Shown: one piece after another, positions 34,648 to 44,714 of the stretch
Position numbering within the stretch: position 1 is the first letter of the stretch
Layout: each line of letters starts with the position of its first letter
NCBI GenBank assembly: GCA_043745355.1
Contig: JAYTSY010000009.1
Location: forward strand, 17,783 to 81,782
Reading direction: 5' to 3'
Length of the DNA stretch: 64,000 bases
Source: a bacterium
GTDB lineage: Bacteria; Patescibacteriota; Minisyncoccia; Phycocordibacterales; CAIZLB01
Notes under the pieces: model-generated
The model's input: only the letters and a program-made list of their open reading frames with translations
Told to the model about the DNA's origin: nothing
The model's database searches: none
Position numbers and translations under genes: made by a program

Positions 34648-35034
34648 TTGGTGGAAAAAGACTTTGATCAATGGAATCTCGAAAAGAAAAGGGCCGAATA
34701 CTCCAAAGATGATTCTTTTTGGGTTTTGGAAGGAGAAATTTGGTGGTGTAGGTTTGGCCTAAACATCGGAGTTGAAATTGATGGAAAGAATCATATGTTT
34801 GAAAGACCCGCCTTGGTAATCAGAAAATTTAATGACCAAATGTTTTGGATATTACCTCTTAAACATTCGACAAGCACCAATCGGTTTTGCCACAAGCTTC
34901 AAGGAGCCGAAGAGTCACAGGTTGTGTTATCTCAAATCAGAACCGTAAGCTTTAAAAGACTGGTGAGAAAGATGGGAGATGTCGAAAGAGAAGAATTAGC
35001 TTTAATTAAAGAGAAAGTAAAAGCGCTTCTATAA
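34648..35034 (+). CDS. PemK/MazF-family toxin-like protein (solitary)
   Basis: GEIWWCRFGLNIGVEIDGK...RPALVI...ILPL pattern typical of the MazF/PemK fold. TTG or GTG start. Confidence 0.55.
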   Translation: MVEKDFDQWNLEKKRAEYSKDDSFWVLEGEIWWCRFGLNIGVEIDGKNHMFERPALVIRKFNDQMFWILPLKHSTSTNRFCHKLQGAEESQVVLSQIRTVSFKRLVRKMGDVEREELALIKEKVKALL

Positions 35035-35213
35035 AATCGGCACCCCGCTCCATTTTCATGGGGCGGGGTCCTCGGAGCCATACGTCGTATGACTATAATA
35101 TCCATATTGTAGCAGAGAGTGATTAAAAATCAATCAAAAAACGATAAAATAGCTTGTCATTTTTCTCGCAGTAATTTTGTCAAAGCACTCAAAATACCCC
35201 ATAATGAAGCCTA

Positions 35214-36080
35214 ATGGAATACATCCTTCACCTTGGCGTCCTAGTCGCAATCTACGCCGTTCTTGCCCTCTCACTTGATCTCATTGTGGGCTATACAGGC
35301 CTTTTGTCGGTCACTCACGCTGCATTCTATGGCATCGGGGCATATACGACAGCAATACTCCTCACAGGATATGGCGTGAATTTCTTTGTCTCCATTCTCA
35401 TCGGCATGGTCGTCGCAGCAGTCATTGCACTCGGCATCGGATATATCCTCAGTCGATTCAAAGATGATTACTATGCACTCGTGTCTTTCGGATTCAATAT
35501 CATCGTATTTAGCGTGATGCTAAATTGGCAAGATCTTACTCGAGGACCATTAGGCATTCCTGGAATCACAAAGCCGGTACTTTTTGGATTCACATTCGGA
35601 AGCACTGGGCAGTTTCTCCTGCTCACCCTCGTTATTCTCGCTATCATGTACGCAGTTGCACGATTCATTGTTGGTTCATCATTCGGCCGGGTGCTCAAAG
35701 CAATCCGTGAAGATGAAAAAGCAATATCGGTATTTGGATATCACACGCAAGTCTACAAGCTTGTGATCTTTGTGATATCAGCCTCGATGGCAGCTGTCGC
35801 TGGATCACTTTTTGCGTCCTACATCACTTTCATCGATCCATCGACATTCACACTGAACGAATCGATCTTCATTCTCGCTATGATCATTCTCGGTGGTATT
35901 GCCAACGTGCGAGGCGCGATCCTCGGTGCACTTTTCCTCATATTGCTCCCCGAAGTATTGCGATTTGTAGGATTTCCGACTGATGTAGCAGCGCAGATGA
36001 GGCAAGTGGTATATGGCGCCCTTCTCATTGTCCTCATGCTCTATCGACCGCAGGGGTTGGTGGGAGAATATAAACTGTAA
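35214..36080 (+). CDS. livM: branched-chain amino acid ABC transporter permease (LivM family)
   Basis: LSLDLIVGYTGLLSVTHAAFYGIGAY. Confidence 0.88.
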   Translation: MEYILHLGVLVAIYAVLALSLDLIVGYTGLLSVTHAAFYGIGAYTTAILLTGYGVNFFVSILIGMVVAAVIALGIGYILSRFKDDYYALVSFGFNIIVFSVMLNWQDLTRGPLGIPGITKPVLFGFTFGSTGQFLLLTLVILAIMYAVARFIVGSSFGRVLKAIREDEKAISVFGYHTQVYKLVIFVISASMAAVAGSLFASYITFIDPSTFTLNESIFILAMIILGGIANVRGAILGALFLILLPEVLRFVGFPTDVAAQMRQVVYGALLIVLMLYRPQGLVGEYKL

Positions 36081-36092
36081 AATCGAAACGTC

Positions 36093-36860
36093 ATGACAAT
36101 AAATATAAACAGACTCACCACACATCATCTCTCAAAACACTTTGACGGCATCAAGGCTGTGAATGATCTTTCTATTGGTTTTGAACATGGAAAGATAACG
36201 GGTGTCATCGGTCCGAACGGCTCAGGTAAATCAACCCTCATCAATCTCCTCACCGGAATGATCCCGCAGACATCCGGAGAGCTCGCAATCGTTGTCGGAT
36301 CTGAAGAAGTAAAAGTTAAACAAATGCGTGCCAGAGAGACCTCTACGTTTGCGATAACTCGTACCTTTCAGGAAGTAAGGTTGTTTGAGCAAATGAGCGT
36401 GATTGATAATATTCTTGTCGTGGTCACGCGCCGATCATGGGTAGGAGCACTTTTTGAAAAGAATAAACAATATCATCACGCTATAGCTGAGAAGGTTTTG
36501 CAGCGTGTAGGTATCTGGCAGTTCAAAAACAAGCTTGCCATCAATCTCTCGTATGGTCAGCGTAAGTTACTAGAGATCGCAAGGGTTCTTGCTATGCGAG
36601 AAATTGGAAAGGCACAAACGATATTTTTTGACGAACCATTTGCTGGACTATTTCCCGAGATGGTAAAGGTTGTCGTGTCTGTTATTAAAGAGTTACGAGA
36701 TCAAGGTGCGACTATCATACTCGTTGAACACAACATGGATCTCATACGAGAACTGTCTGACTCTGTCATTGTGATGGATTCAGGAGAATTGCTTGCTGAA
36801 GGAGAGCCTACACACGTGCTATCAAAGCCTGAGGTTATAGAAGCGTACTTGGGGGAGTAG
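36093..36860 (+). CDS. livG: branched-chain amino acid ABC transporter ATP-binding protein (LivG family)
   Basis: Walker A GPNGSGKST, signature LSYGQRK, Walker B IFFDEP. Confidence 0.9.
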   Translation: MTININRLTTHHLSKHFDGIKAVNDLSIGFEHGKITGVIGPNGSGKSTLINLLTGMIPQTSGELAIVVGSEEVKVKQMRARETSTFAITRTFQEVRLFEQMSVIDNILVVVTRRSWVGALFEKNKQYHHAIAEKVLQRVGIWQFKNKLAINLSYGQRKLLEIARVLAMREIGKAQTIFFDEPFAGLFPEMVKVVVSVIKELRDQGATIILVEHNMDLIRELSDSVIVMDSGELLAEGEPTHVLSKPEVIEAYLGE

Positions 36861-36946
36861 TCTCATAATTTCTTTGTTCAGAAGATAGCAAGGAAACTTA
36901 ATTTAAGATTGGTGATCGAAAAAGCTTAAACTTAACAATGAGGCAA

Positions 36947-37711
36947 TTATTTCTCTGTAAACTGCCACAAACACATAAACAACGCATCAAGCATTGCGGT
37001 GATAGTCGGTGAATCAACAATGATCGAGTACAGCTCGCCTTCTTTGTGAGAAAAAAGTGCCACTTTCTTTCCGTAGATAATGATCGTTCCATCGAAAGTG
37101 AAACCTTTCGGAAGTAATCGTGTATCACGATGGCTGTCAGGAAGATATTCTTTTGGAATATCACTTTCTTCTCGCCATGGAATAATCATTTTTGTCTTTA
37201 CATCAATTTTCTTTTTGTAGTCCAGAACCTTGCCGATATATTTCGGGAGATATTCGATGAGTCGTGGGTTGGAGATGGTATGGAACTCCTGGATATCTTT
37301 GAGGTGAGGATTATCGTATACGTCATCAAAAACAAGTTTTACCCCTTCTCGCCCAGTATATGTTCGAACATCTGATTCCTTGTCCCCAGAGTTCTTGAGC
37401 GCCATAAGCCTTGGAATGAGGTCGTTGAGTGATGAAACCTTCTCCTCCAGGTCATTTTTGAGTCGGGCAGGGTTTTCAGCAAGGAAATGGAGGACATTGT
37501 TCTTCTTGTACGAGGAGACAAGGTGCTTCTCTTTGAGGGTGTCTAGTATGAGATATACGGTGGCACGGGGGATCTTGGTATTCGCAAATATTGCAAAAGC
37601 CGTATTAAATGACTCCCCGAGAGCCCCAAGAGGCTTCTTTAGCAGGTATATATAGACCTTAGCCTCACCCTCATTCAGGCCATATTGTTGGAGAGATTGT
37701 ATGTTTTCCAT
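36947..37711 (-). CDS. TrmB-like transcriptional regulator (paralog)
   Basis: GLNEGEAKVYIYLL...RATVYLILDTLKEKHLV. Confidence 0.7.
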   Translation of the reverse strand: MENIQSLQQYGLNEGEAKVYIYLLKKPLGALGESFNTAFAIFANTKIPRATVYLILDTLKEKHLVSSYKKNNVLHFLAENPARLKNDLEEKVSSLNDLIPRLMALKNSGDKESDVRTYTGREGVKLVFDDVYDNPHLKDIQEFHTISNPRLIEYLPKYIGKVLDYKKKIDVKTKMIIPWREESDIPKEYLPDSHRDTRLLPKGFTFDGTIIIYGKKVALFSHKEGELYSIIVDSPTITAMLDALFMCLWQFTEK

Positions 37712-37841
37712 AATATTGTCATGTTTTATGACAGCAATAGTATAGCAAAAATAGCTATATACACAAGGATATTTGACATATATATATAAATACTGTCTTG
37801 TTTATATATACCAAACTGTCAAAAAGCCCTAGTATGTGGGT

Positions 37842-38324
37842 ATGAAAAACAAAGGTATAAAAATTGATCATATAATCTCAAAATCCCACTGCCGTATTGA
37901 GGCAATGGCCTGTTTTGATTGTAGTCAATCTGCTCTCTGGGATAGAGCTGGCCACCCTCATAAATTGGCGCCAGCATGCATCAATCTTCGGGATTTTTCA
38001 GCAGGTAGAGATCTTGCAAAGGGAAACCTAGTTTTTGAGATACATACATTTGCTGGCATCCCTCAGACATATAGAGGGAAAGTAACAGACTTTAGGGATG
38101 GTGTCCACTGGGAAATGAGTACTACTCCGCGGACGCTCACGTGGTTGTTTGGATTGCCTCATCGTGTTCGATATCAATTTGGCACAAATTCGATTGGAAG
38201 TAATTTGACCGTATCTTGCGACTATCAACTTCAGGGCGTGTTCACTTTGCCAATCATTCGATCATTGGTGACCAAGACAATGGAAAGAGCAGTAAGGATA
38301 TTGGTTGGGTCAGCGGATAGGTAG
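37842..38324 (+). CDS. hypothetical protein, possibly SRPBCC/START-like
   Basis: The ORF is divergent from the regulator. The fold assignment is a weak impression only. Confidence 0.35.
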   Translation: MKNKGIKIDHIISKSHCRIEAMACFDCSQSALWDRAGHPHKLAPACINLRDFSAGRDLAKGNLVFEIHTFAGIPQTYRGKVTDFRDGVHWEMSTTPRTLTWLFGLPHRVRYQFGTNSIGSNLTVSCDYQLQGVFTLPIIRSLVTKTMERAVRILVGSADR

Positions 38325-38345
38325 TAATAATATAAAAATAATAAA

Positions 38346-39488
38346 ATGAAAAAAACATCATACGCAATAGTTTCCATTATAATTTTAATAGCTATTGTCT
38401 CTATAATAAAAAAAGTCGATGATACGAATGTAAGAAAAAATGAAATCAGAATCGGAGTCATAAGCACACTTACGGGAAATGCTGCGTATTATGGACAGTC
38501 AACTATGCATGGAGCAGAAGTTGCCCGTGCCGAGATGCAGGCAAAGTATCCAAACAAGAAGATAGTGCTTTATCACGAAGATAGTTTGTTTACACCAAAG
38601 GGAGGGATAGACGCGTACAACAAGGTAAAAGATGCGGATAAGGTACAAGCGATCATGGTGCAAGGAAGCAACGTCGCAGTTGCCGTCGAAGCTATTGCAA
38701 ACAAAGACAATATGCTCCAAGTTGATGCGTCCGTACTTGCAAGTTCATATAGAACTCCTGATGACATGTCATTTCGAATGACTCCAGGAGGAGGAAATGA
38801 GATTTCCTTCGCTGTCGATTATCTAGTTCGGAACAACCTGAAGCGAGTTGCGGTTTTGTATTTGAAAAATGAAATAGGGCAGACACTTTCTGGCGCACTT
38901 GCATCAAGCACAGGTATTCAGATTCTGGCTAACGAGGGGTATGCACCAGACACAACTGATTTCAAGACATTGCTCACAAAAATAAATCAGACTCATCCAG
39001 ATGTTATATATATTGCAGGTATTGCTGCTCAAACAGCTACTGTTTTAAAACAATCTGATGAGTTAGGTATCAAATCTAAATTCATGAGTTATCGTGGAAC
39101 AGAAGATCCAGTGCTCCTAAAGAACGCAGGACGACTTGCCGAGGGGATTCTCTACACAAGTGCATATGAAAATGCATTCAACGCGGACTACAGAAAGCCA
39201 AAAGATGTATCGATAGATACATTTATGAAAGAGTATTTAGGGATGTACCATGACGGGGGACTTCCTAATGCATATGCAGCAGAAGCATACGAAGGGACTA
39301 AAATAATCATCGAAGCCCTTTTGAAGTGCGGCGATAACAAGATGTGTCAGAAGGACTATGTATCTTCGATCAAAGACCGTGCAACAGTATTCGGAAATAT
39401 CTCTTTTGATTCTTATGGAGATGTTTCGTACCCATTCTTTATGAAGACTGTGTATGAAGGAGGGTTTAGTGCGGTGGAGCGAAATTAA
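38346..39488 (+). CDS. ABC transporter substrate-binding protein, Leu/Ile/Val-binding family, paralog 3
   Basis: Signal anchor followed by IGVISTLTGNAAYYGQ. Confidence 0.8.
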   Translation: MKKTSYAIVSIIILIAIVSIIKKVDDTNVRKNEIRIGVISTLTGNAAYYGQSTMHGAEVARAEMQAKYPNKKIVLYHEDSLFTPKGGIDAYNKVKDADKVQAIMVQGSNVAVAVEAIANKDNMLQVDASVLASSYRTPDDMSFRMTPGGGNEISFAVDYLVRNNLKRVAVLYLKNEIGQTLSGALASSTGIQILANEGYAPDTTDFKTLLTKINQTHPDVIYIAGIAAQTATVLKQSDELGIKSKFMSYRGTEDPVLLKNAGRLAEGILYTSAYENAFNADYRKPKDVSIDTFMKEYLGMYHDGGLPNAYAAEAYEGTKIIIEALLKCGDNKMCQKDYVSSIKDRATVFGNISFDSYGDVSYPFFMKTVYEGGFSAVERN

Positions 39489-39524
39489 TTTCTCTTATCG
39501 CAACTTTGCGATACAATTGAATTA

Positions 39525-40259
39525 ATGAACTCTTTCTCCCCAGACACACTCCTCGCCCTCTCAAACGTCAGCGTGCAGTACGGCGGTGTTAAAGCACTTG
39601 ATGCGGTGAATGTTGAATTCAAGCAAGGTGAGATTGTCGCCCTTATGGGACCGAATGGCGCAGGTAAATCAACAATACTCAAGGTATTGTTCGGATTAGC
39701 ACCAATTGCTGAAGGCACTGTTCTTTGGAGGGGAAACGTTGTTAATCCAGTTCCACACGAAATGGTTCCATTTGGGGTGACTCTTGTGCCTCAGGGAAAG
39801 CGAGTATTCGGCAAACTAACAGTACGAGAAAACCTTGAGCTAGGGGGTTATGCATTGAAGGATAAGAAACTTATCAACGAAAGGATCGAGGAGGTGCTCG
39901 AGCTCTTTCCCGCGCTTCGAACAAAGCTCAAACAAAAGTCAGGACAACTCTCGGGTGGCCAGCAACAAATGGTCGCTATCGCACGCGGCCTCATCACAGC
40001 TCCGCAGATATTACTTCTCGATGAACCATCACTCGGTCTTGCCCCGAAGGTAGTCAAAGAGGTTTTTGAGAAGATCAAGGAGATAAACGAGAAGAGAAAG
40101 ACATCTATTGTAGTCGTAGAGCATAATTTGAAGTCATTGCTCCCGATCGTTGACCGTGCCTATGTGCTGGATAAGGGAAAGATCATAAAGGAGGGAAGTG
40201 CAAGCTCGATCATTGAGAGCAATTTGCTTCAAAAGGTATTTTTGGGCACTCTCGTATAG
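39525..40259 (+). CDS. livF: branched-chain amino acid ABC transporter ATP-binding protein (LivF family)
   Basis: Walker A GPNGAGKST, LSGGQQQ, LLLDEPS. Confidence 0.9.
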   Translation: MNSFSPDTLLALSNVSVQYGGVKALDAVNVEFKQGEIVALMGPNGAGKSTILKVLFGLAPIAEGTVLWRGNVVNPVPHEMVPFGVTLVPQGKRVFGKLTVRENLELGGYALKDKKLINERIEEVLELFPALRTKLKQKSGQLSGGQQQMVAIARGLITAPQILLLDEPSLGLAPKVVKEVFEKIKEINEKRKTSIVVVEHNLKSLLPIVDRAYVLDKGKIIKEGSASSIIESNLLQKVFLGTLV

Positions 40260-40351
40260 CTAAAGTCTGGACTCATAAAACTATCTGTATTCTTGTGAAA
40301 AATGTAACAATTTTTCACTTGAAATTCAGGTAGAAGGAGTATAATTTGATC

Positions 40352-40702
40352 ATGCTAACGCAGCAAGATCTAATTTTAATAGAGGGAGTCGTCGAGCGAG
40401 TCGTCGAGCGAAAGCTTGATGAAAAGCTGAATGTCGCTTTTGGCGCCTTTGAAAAGAAAATTGATAAAAAGTTTGAAGATTTTGCGATAATGGTTCAGCG
40501 GGAATTTTCTAATATATATAAGCGTTTTGATTCAGTGGATGCACGATTTAACGATATGGACAAACGTTTCGATCGACTTGAAGTTCGTGTTGGCACCCTT
40601 GAAGAATCAATGAAGTTAGGGCTTCGTATTCTCAATCTCCATAATCAAAGAATTGAATCACTCGAAAGTGTCACTAAGACTTTGCAACTTGCAATTGCAT
40701 AA
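40352..40702 (+). CDS. coiled-coil hypothetical protein
   Basis: Heptad-like KRFDS.DARFNDMDKRFDRLE repeats. No other motifs. Confidence 0.5.
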   Translation: MLTQQDLILIEGVVERVVERKLDEKLNVAFGAFEKKIDKKFEDFAIMVQREFSNIYKRFDSVDARFNDMDKRFDRLEVRVGTLEESMKLGLRILNLHNQRIESLESVTKTLQLAIA

Positions 40703-40852
40703 GTAATTCTCATTGCCAACCCGCTAAAATAATGCTATTTTACCCGTACGACATGTAGTCTCCTTTTTCGGTACTTTGTGTCGGTGCATTATTAAAAACC
40801 AGGCCCCAAGCCTAAAGCGACGCAAGTCGCATATTTATTCAATAATTATTTT

Positions 40853-43000
40853 ATGAACAGAGATTATCCGTTAGACAAAGTACGTAACTTCGGTATTATC
40901 GCGCACATTGATGCCGGTAAGACAACAACATCAGAGCGCATCCTTTATTACACCGGCATGTCACACAAGATCGGTGAAGTACACGAAGGTGAAGCGACAA
41001 CCGACTGGATGGAACAGGAAAAAGAGCGAGGTATCACAATTACCGCCGCAGCTATTACTTGTTTCTGGAATCCATCGTACTTGGGCGAGGACAAATCTGG
41101 CATGCACCGATTCAACATTATTGACACTCCTGGTCACGTGGACTTTACGGTAGAAGTAGAACGATCTCTCAAAGTACTCGACGGTGGAGTTGTGGTATTC
41201 GACGGCGTTGCCGGCGTAGAACCACAATCAGAAACAGTGTGGCGTCAGGCTGACAAATATAATGTGCCTCGAGTTTGTTTCATCAACAAGCTGGACCGAA
41301 CTGGCGCATCATTCGAACGATCATTTGCTTCTATTCTCGATCGACTCAACAAAAATGCAGTACGAATGCAACTCCCTATCGGATTCGAAGGTGACTTCGA
41401 AGCAGTAGTTGACCTCCTCACTATGAAGTCATATCACTTTGAAGGTGATATGGGTAGTAAAGTAGTAGAAAAAGAAATCCCTGCTGACATGCTCGCCGAT
41501 GCGACAAAATATCGCGCTGAACTCGTCGAAAAGATCGTTGAATTCAATGATGAGATGATGAACGCATATCTCGAAGGAAAAACAGATTTCACAATTCCTG
41601 AACTCAAAGCCGCACTTCGAAAGGGTGTTATTGCTGGAAAGATTTTCCCCGTATTCACAGGATCAGCTCTCAAGAACAAGGGAACACAGCTCGTGCTTGA
41701 TGCTGTTGTCGACTACCTTCCGTCACCTCTTGATGTGCCACCAGTCAAAGGTATTGATCCAAACACAGGTGATGAAATTCTCCGACATGCATCTGATGAA
41801 GAACCATTTGCAGCGCTTGCATTCAAATTGCAGACAGACCCATTCGTAGGACAACTCACCTTCTTCCGTGTGTACTCAGGTACTATCGAAGCTGGTTCAT
41901 ATATATACAATTCAACAACAGGCAACAAAGAACGACTCGGACGAATCGTACGACTCCAGGCTAACAAGCGTGAAGAAGTAAAAAAAGTGTACGCGGGTGA
42001 AATCGCTGCTGCGGTAGGATTGAAAGAAGCAAAAACATCTCACACATTTTGTGATGAGAACAAGCCGATCATTCTCGATCCTATCAAGTTCGCTGAACCG
42101 GTTGTGTCCCTACGCATCGAACCTAAAACAAAAGCTGATCAGGAAAAAATGGGCGTCGCTTTGAAAAAGCTTGGTGATGAAGATCCAACGTTCCGAATCT
42201 CTTCAAACCCTGAAACAGGCGAAACTATTATTTCAGGTATGGGAGAATTGCATCTTGAAATTATGGTTGATCGTATGAAGCGAGAATTTGCTGTGGAGGC
42301 AAATGTCGGCAAGCCTCAGGTAGCATATCGAGAAACTATTCTCGGTGAAGCAGTAGAGGAATATAAATACATTAAGCAGTCTGGAGGAAAGGGTCAGTAC
42401 GGTCACGTTCAGATCAAATTGAAGAAGCTCCAGCCGTGGGAAGAAGGTAAGAAAATTCCAAAGAATGTGCATCGAGACGACACATTCGAATTCATCGACT
42501 CTATCAAGGGAGGTGCAATTCCAATTGAATTTATCCCAGCTGTTGAAAAGGGAGTACGAGAAGCGATGGAACGAGGTATTGTCGCAGGATTCCCGATGGT
42601 AGATATTTCATGTGAATTGCTTTTCGGATCGTACCACGATGTTGACTCATCTGAAATCGCGTACAAGATTGCTGCATCTCAGGCCTTCCAGGCTGGAGCA
42701 AAGAAAGCTCGACCAGTTATTCTCGAACCTATTATGCGTGTAGAGTGTGTTATGCCAGAACAGTTCATGGGTGATGTCACAGGATCTCTCTCATCAAAGC
42801 GAGGACAGATCGAAGGCATGGAAGATCGAGGACTCAACAAAGTTATCAAGGCAACAGTGCCACTATCTGAAATGTTCGGATACACAACCGACATTCGTTC
42901 TATGACACAAGGCCGTGGATCTATGACTATGGAATTCGATCACTATGATGTCGTGCCGCCAAACGTTGAGAAGACAATTGCCGAATCAAGAGGAAAATAA
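40853..43000 (+). CDS. fusA: elongation factor G
   Basis: [18 protein letters not shown] and full five-domain length. Confidence 0.96.
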   Translation: MNRDYPLDKVRNFGIIAHIDAGKTTTSERILYYTGMSHKIGEVHEGEATTDWMEQEKERGITITAAAITCFWNPSYLGEDKSGMHRFNIIDTPGHVDFTVEVERSLKVLDGGVVVFDGVAGVEPQSETVWRQADKYNVPRVCFINKLDRTGASFERSFASILDRLNKNAVRMQLPIGFEGDFEAVVDLLTMKSYHFEGDMGSKVVEKEIPADMLADATKYRAELVEKIVEFNDEMMNAYLEGKTDFTIPELKAALRKGVIAGKIFPVFTGSALKNKGTQLVLDAVVDYLPSPLDVPPVKGIDPNTGDEILRHASDEEPFAALAFKLQTDPFVGQLTFFRVYSGTIEAGSYIYNSTTGNKERLGRIVRLQANKREEVKKVYAGEIAAAVGLKEAKTSHTFCDENKPIILDPIKFAEPVVSLRIEPKTKADQEKMGVALKKLGDEDPTFRISSNPETGETIISGMGELHLEIMVDRMKREFAVEANVGKPQVAYRETILGEAVEEYKYIKQSGGKGQYGHVQIKLKKLQPWEEGKKIPKNVHRDDTFEFIDSIKGGAIPIEFIPAVEKGVREAMERGIVAGFPMVDISCELLFGSYHDVDSSEIAYKIAASQAFQAGAKKARPVILEPIMRVECVMPEQFMGDVTGSLSSKRGQIEGMEDRGLNKVIKATVPLSEMFGYTTDIRSMTQGRGSMTMEFDHYDVVPPNVEKTIAESRGK

Positions 43001-43036
43001 TTAGGGGTCAGACCCCGTTTGGTTTGCTAAAAAACA

Positions 43037-43091
43037 CAAAAGGTCGGGCGTTTGTATCCGTGTCTGCGACATACATCCGCCTGACCTTTTG
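43037..43091 (+). terminator. long hairpin terminator after fusA
   Basis: CAAAAGGTCGGGCG / CGCCTGACCTTTTG arms (one G-U), preceded by a GGGGTCAGACCCC palindrome at about 43004-43016. Confidence 0.6.
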
Positions 43092-43589
43092 CGTTGTTTA
43101 ATACTGTAAATCTCATGAGTTGACGATTTCTTCATTAAGAGTAATATGAAAACCACTGAGAGCTTGAGCGGAAATTCATTTCCCATCGAGACGTCGAAGT
43201 ATCAGAACTTTACGATGAAAGCAGGTTTCCCTGTAGTGTTAGTTATCGGTCTCGTGAGTTTTGGTGCGCTGACAAGTCCCGAAACTCCGACAGTCGTCGT
43301 GCCAATTGTGAGCAATTCTGTTACGCAGTCCCTATCGCCTATGCCAGCTTCAGGAATCAGTGTACAGACATTTGTCCTCTTGGCGGAATGCTCAGTCAAA
43401 TTTCAACCCGCTGATCCATCGGCGGCATCAACCAGTAACAACGTGCAATCTGATCCTTCCTGGGATTGCAGTTGCAAGACGTCCCTCGAGACGTTCGACA
43501 TTCACAAGGATCCGGGGCGTATGCTCTGGAGGGACAAGTGGCTCGCCCAAATTGGGGCGGGCCGTTTTATTTACTGCTATACTTATTTT

Positions 43590-44348
43590 ATGAACATCAT
43601 CGTCATCGGGGGCACGGGCGGAATGGGTGCAACCCTTATCCAGTTTTTCAACTCCCACCAACATTCAGCCAGGGCAATTGGGCGCAAAACAAAGAATCCA
43701 GGACCACTTCTCAATCAGGCAGATGTCATTGTTCTCTCTGTTCCAAGTACAGCCCTTACGTATGCCGTGAATCTTTTAAAGGAAATTGATATAAATAAAA
43801 AATTAATTGTTTCTCTTGGATCCTGCATGTTGCATGATAAAAAAGTATTAAAGGCTTTAAAAGTTCCCCTTTTACATATACATCAGTTGTTTGGTCCCCA
43901 AGTTTATCCATATAATGGTCACAAAATTGTTTTGTCCGGAGCACTATCTCATCCTTGTGCAAAAAAGATCAAGAGTGCACTTGTCGCATCGGACGTGGAC
44001 GTACTTGTTATGACGGAAGCAAAACATGATCAGGTCATGGCGAACGTTCAAGCCATGTCGCAGTTTTCTACTATATCTATGGCTAAAACATTGAGTGAGT
44101 CAGGTATTTCTCAGAAAGATTTGATGAAAGCTTCGACTATTACTTTTAAAATGAACGCAGGCCTGATGAAACGGATCGCGGAACAAAAATCGGCACTATG
44201 GGCGACCTTACAATTTGAAAATGAATCTGCAGGAAAAGTGCTCGATAAATACCTTAGGAATGTCATTGATATAAGAAAGATGGCCAAAAAGAAAGATTAT
44301 AAAGGATTTGAGAAAATGTTCATTAAAGTGGCTAAATATTGGAAATAA
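43590..44348 (+). CDS. tyrA: prephenate dehydrogenase
   Basis: MNIIVIGGTGGMG (NAD-binding), HQLFGP, KHDQVMANVQA. The start at 43590 follows a terminator-like hairpin. The ORF-track extension from 43146 is not family-like. Confidence 0.75.
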   Translation: MNIIVIGGTGGMGATLIQFFNSHQHSARAIGRKTKNPGPLLNQADVIVLSVPSTALTYAVNLLKEIDINKKLIVSLGSCMLHDKKVLKALKVPLLHIHQLFGPQVYPYNGHKIVLSGALSHPCAKKIKSALVASDVDVLVMTEAKHDQVMANVQAMSQFSTISMAKTLSESGISQKDLMKASTITFKMNAGLMKRIAEQKSALWATLQFENESAGKVLDKYLRNVIDIRKMAKKKDYKGFEKMFIKVAKYWK

Positions 44349-44366
44349 ATAATTGTCATAATTAAC

Positions 44367-44654
44367 ATGAACGAATTAGATAGTTTGAGATCGAATATCG
44401 ACAGAATTGATAAACAAATAATTCTTTTATTGGCAGAGCGCAAGGCCACGGTCCAAAGTGTGAGCGAATACAAGATCAAAAATGACATTGAGACTTTCCA
44501 ACCAGATCGTGAAAGGGAACTTTTTGAAAGAATGGATATTCTGGCAGATCAAAATGGACTGGAGACTCAATTCGTGCGTCAATTGTTTTCTTTGATTACT
44601 CAGCAATCAAAAAAGATGCAAGAAGATTTGAAAAAAGATGTAAGAGTTTGCTAA
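44367..44654 (+). CDS. chorismate mutase (AroQ class)
   Basis: LRSNIDRIDKQIILLLAERKATVQSV..K......PDRE pattern. Confidence 0.8.
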   Translation: MNELDSLRSNIDRIDKQIILLLAERKATVQSVSEYKIKNDIETFQPDRERELFERMDILADQNGLETQFVRQLFSLITQQSKKMQEDLKKDVRVC

Positions 44655-44714
44655 TCTTTGCGCGTATCCCCAATAGGTGTATATTTAAGATAATTAAAAA
44701 TTCATTAAAACTTT

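Noticed and set aside
40386-40409. Tandem 12-bp duplication GTCGTCGAGCGA x2
   Set aside because: It encodes VVERVVER inside a coiled-coil ORF. It is a trivial in-frame duplication, not a repeat array.
43260-43290. RNase P RNA-like P4 motif (ACAAGTCCCGAAACTCC versus GGAAAGTCCGGGCTCC)
   Set aside because: No matching 3' P4 strand (ACAGAACCCGGCTTA-like) is present and the region is too short to hold the remaining helices.
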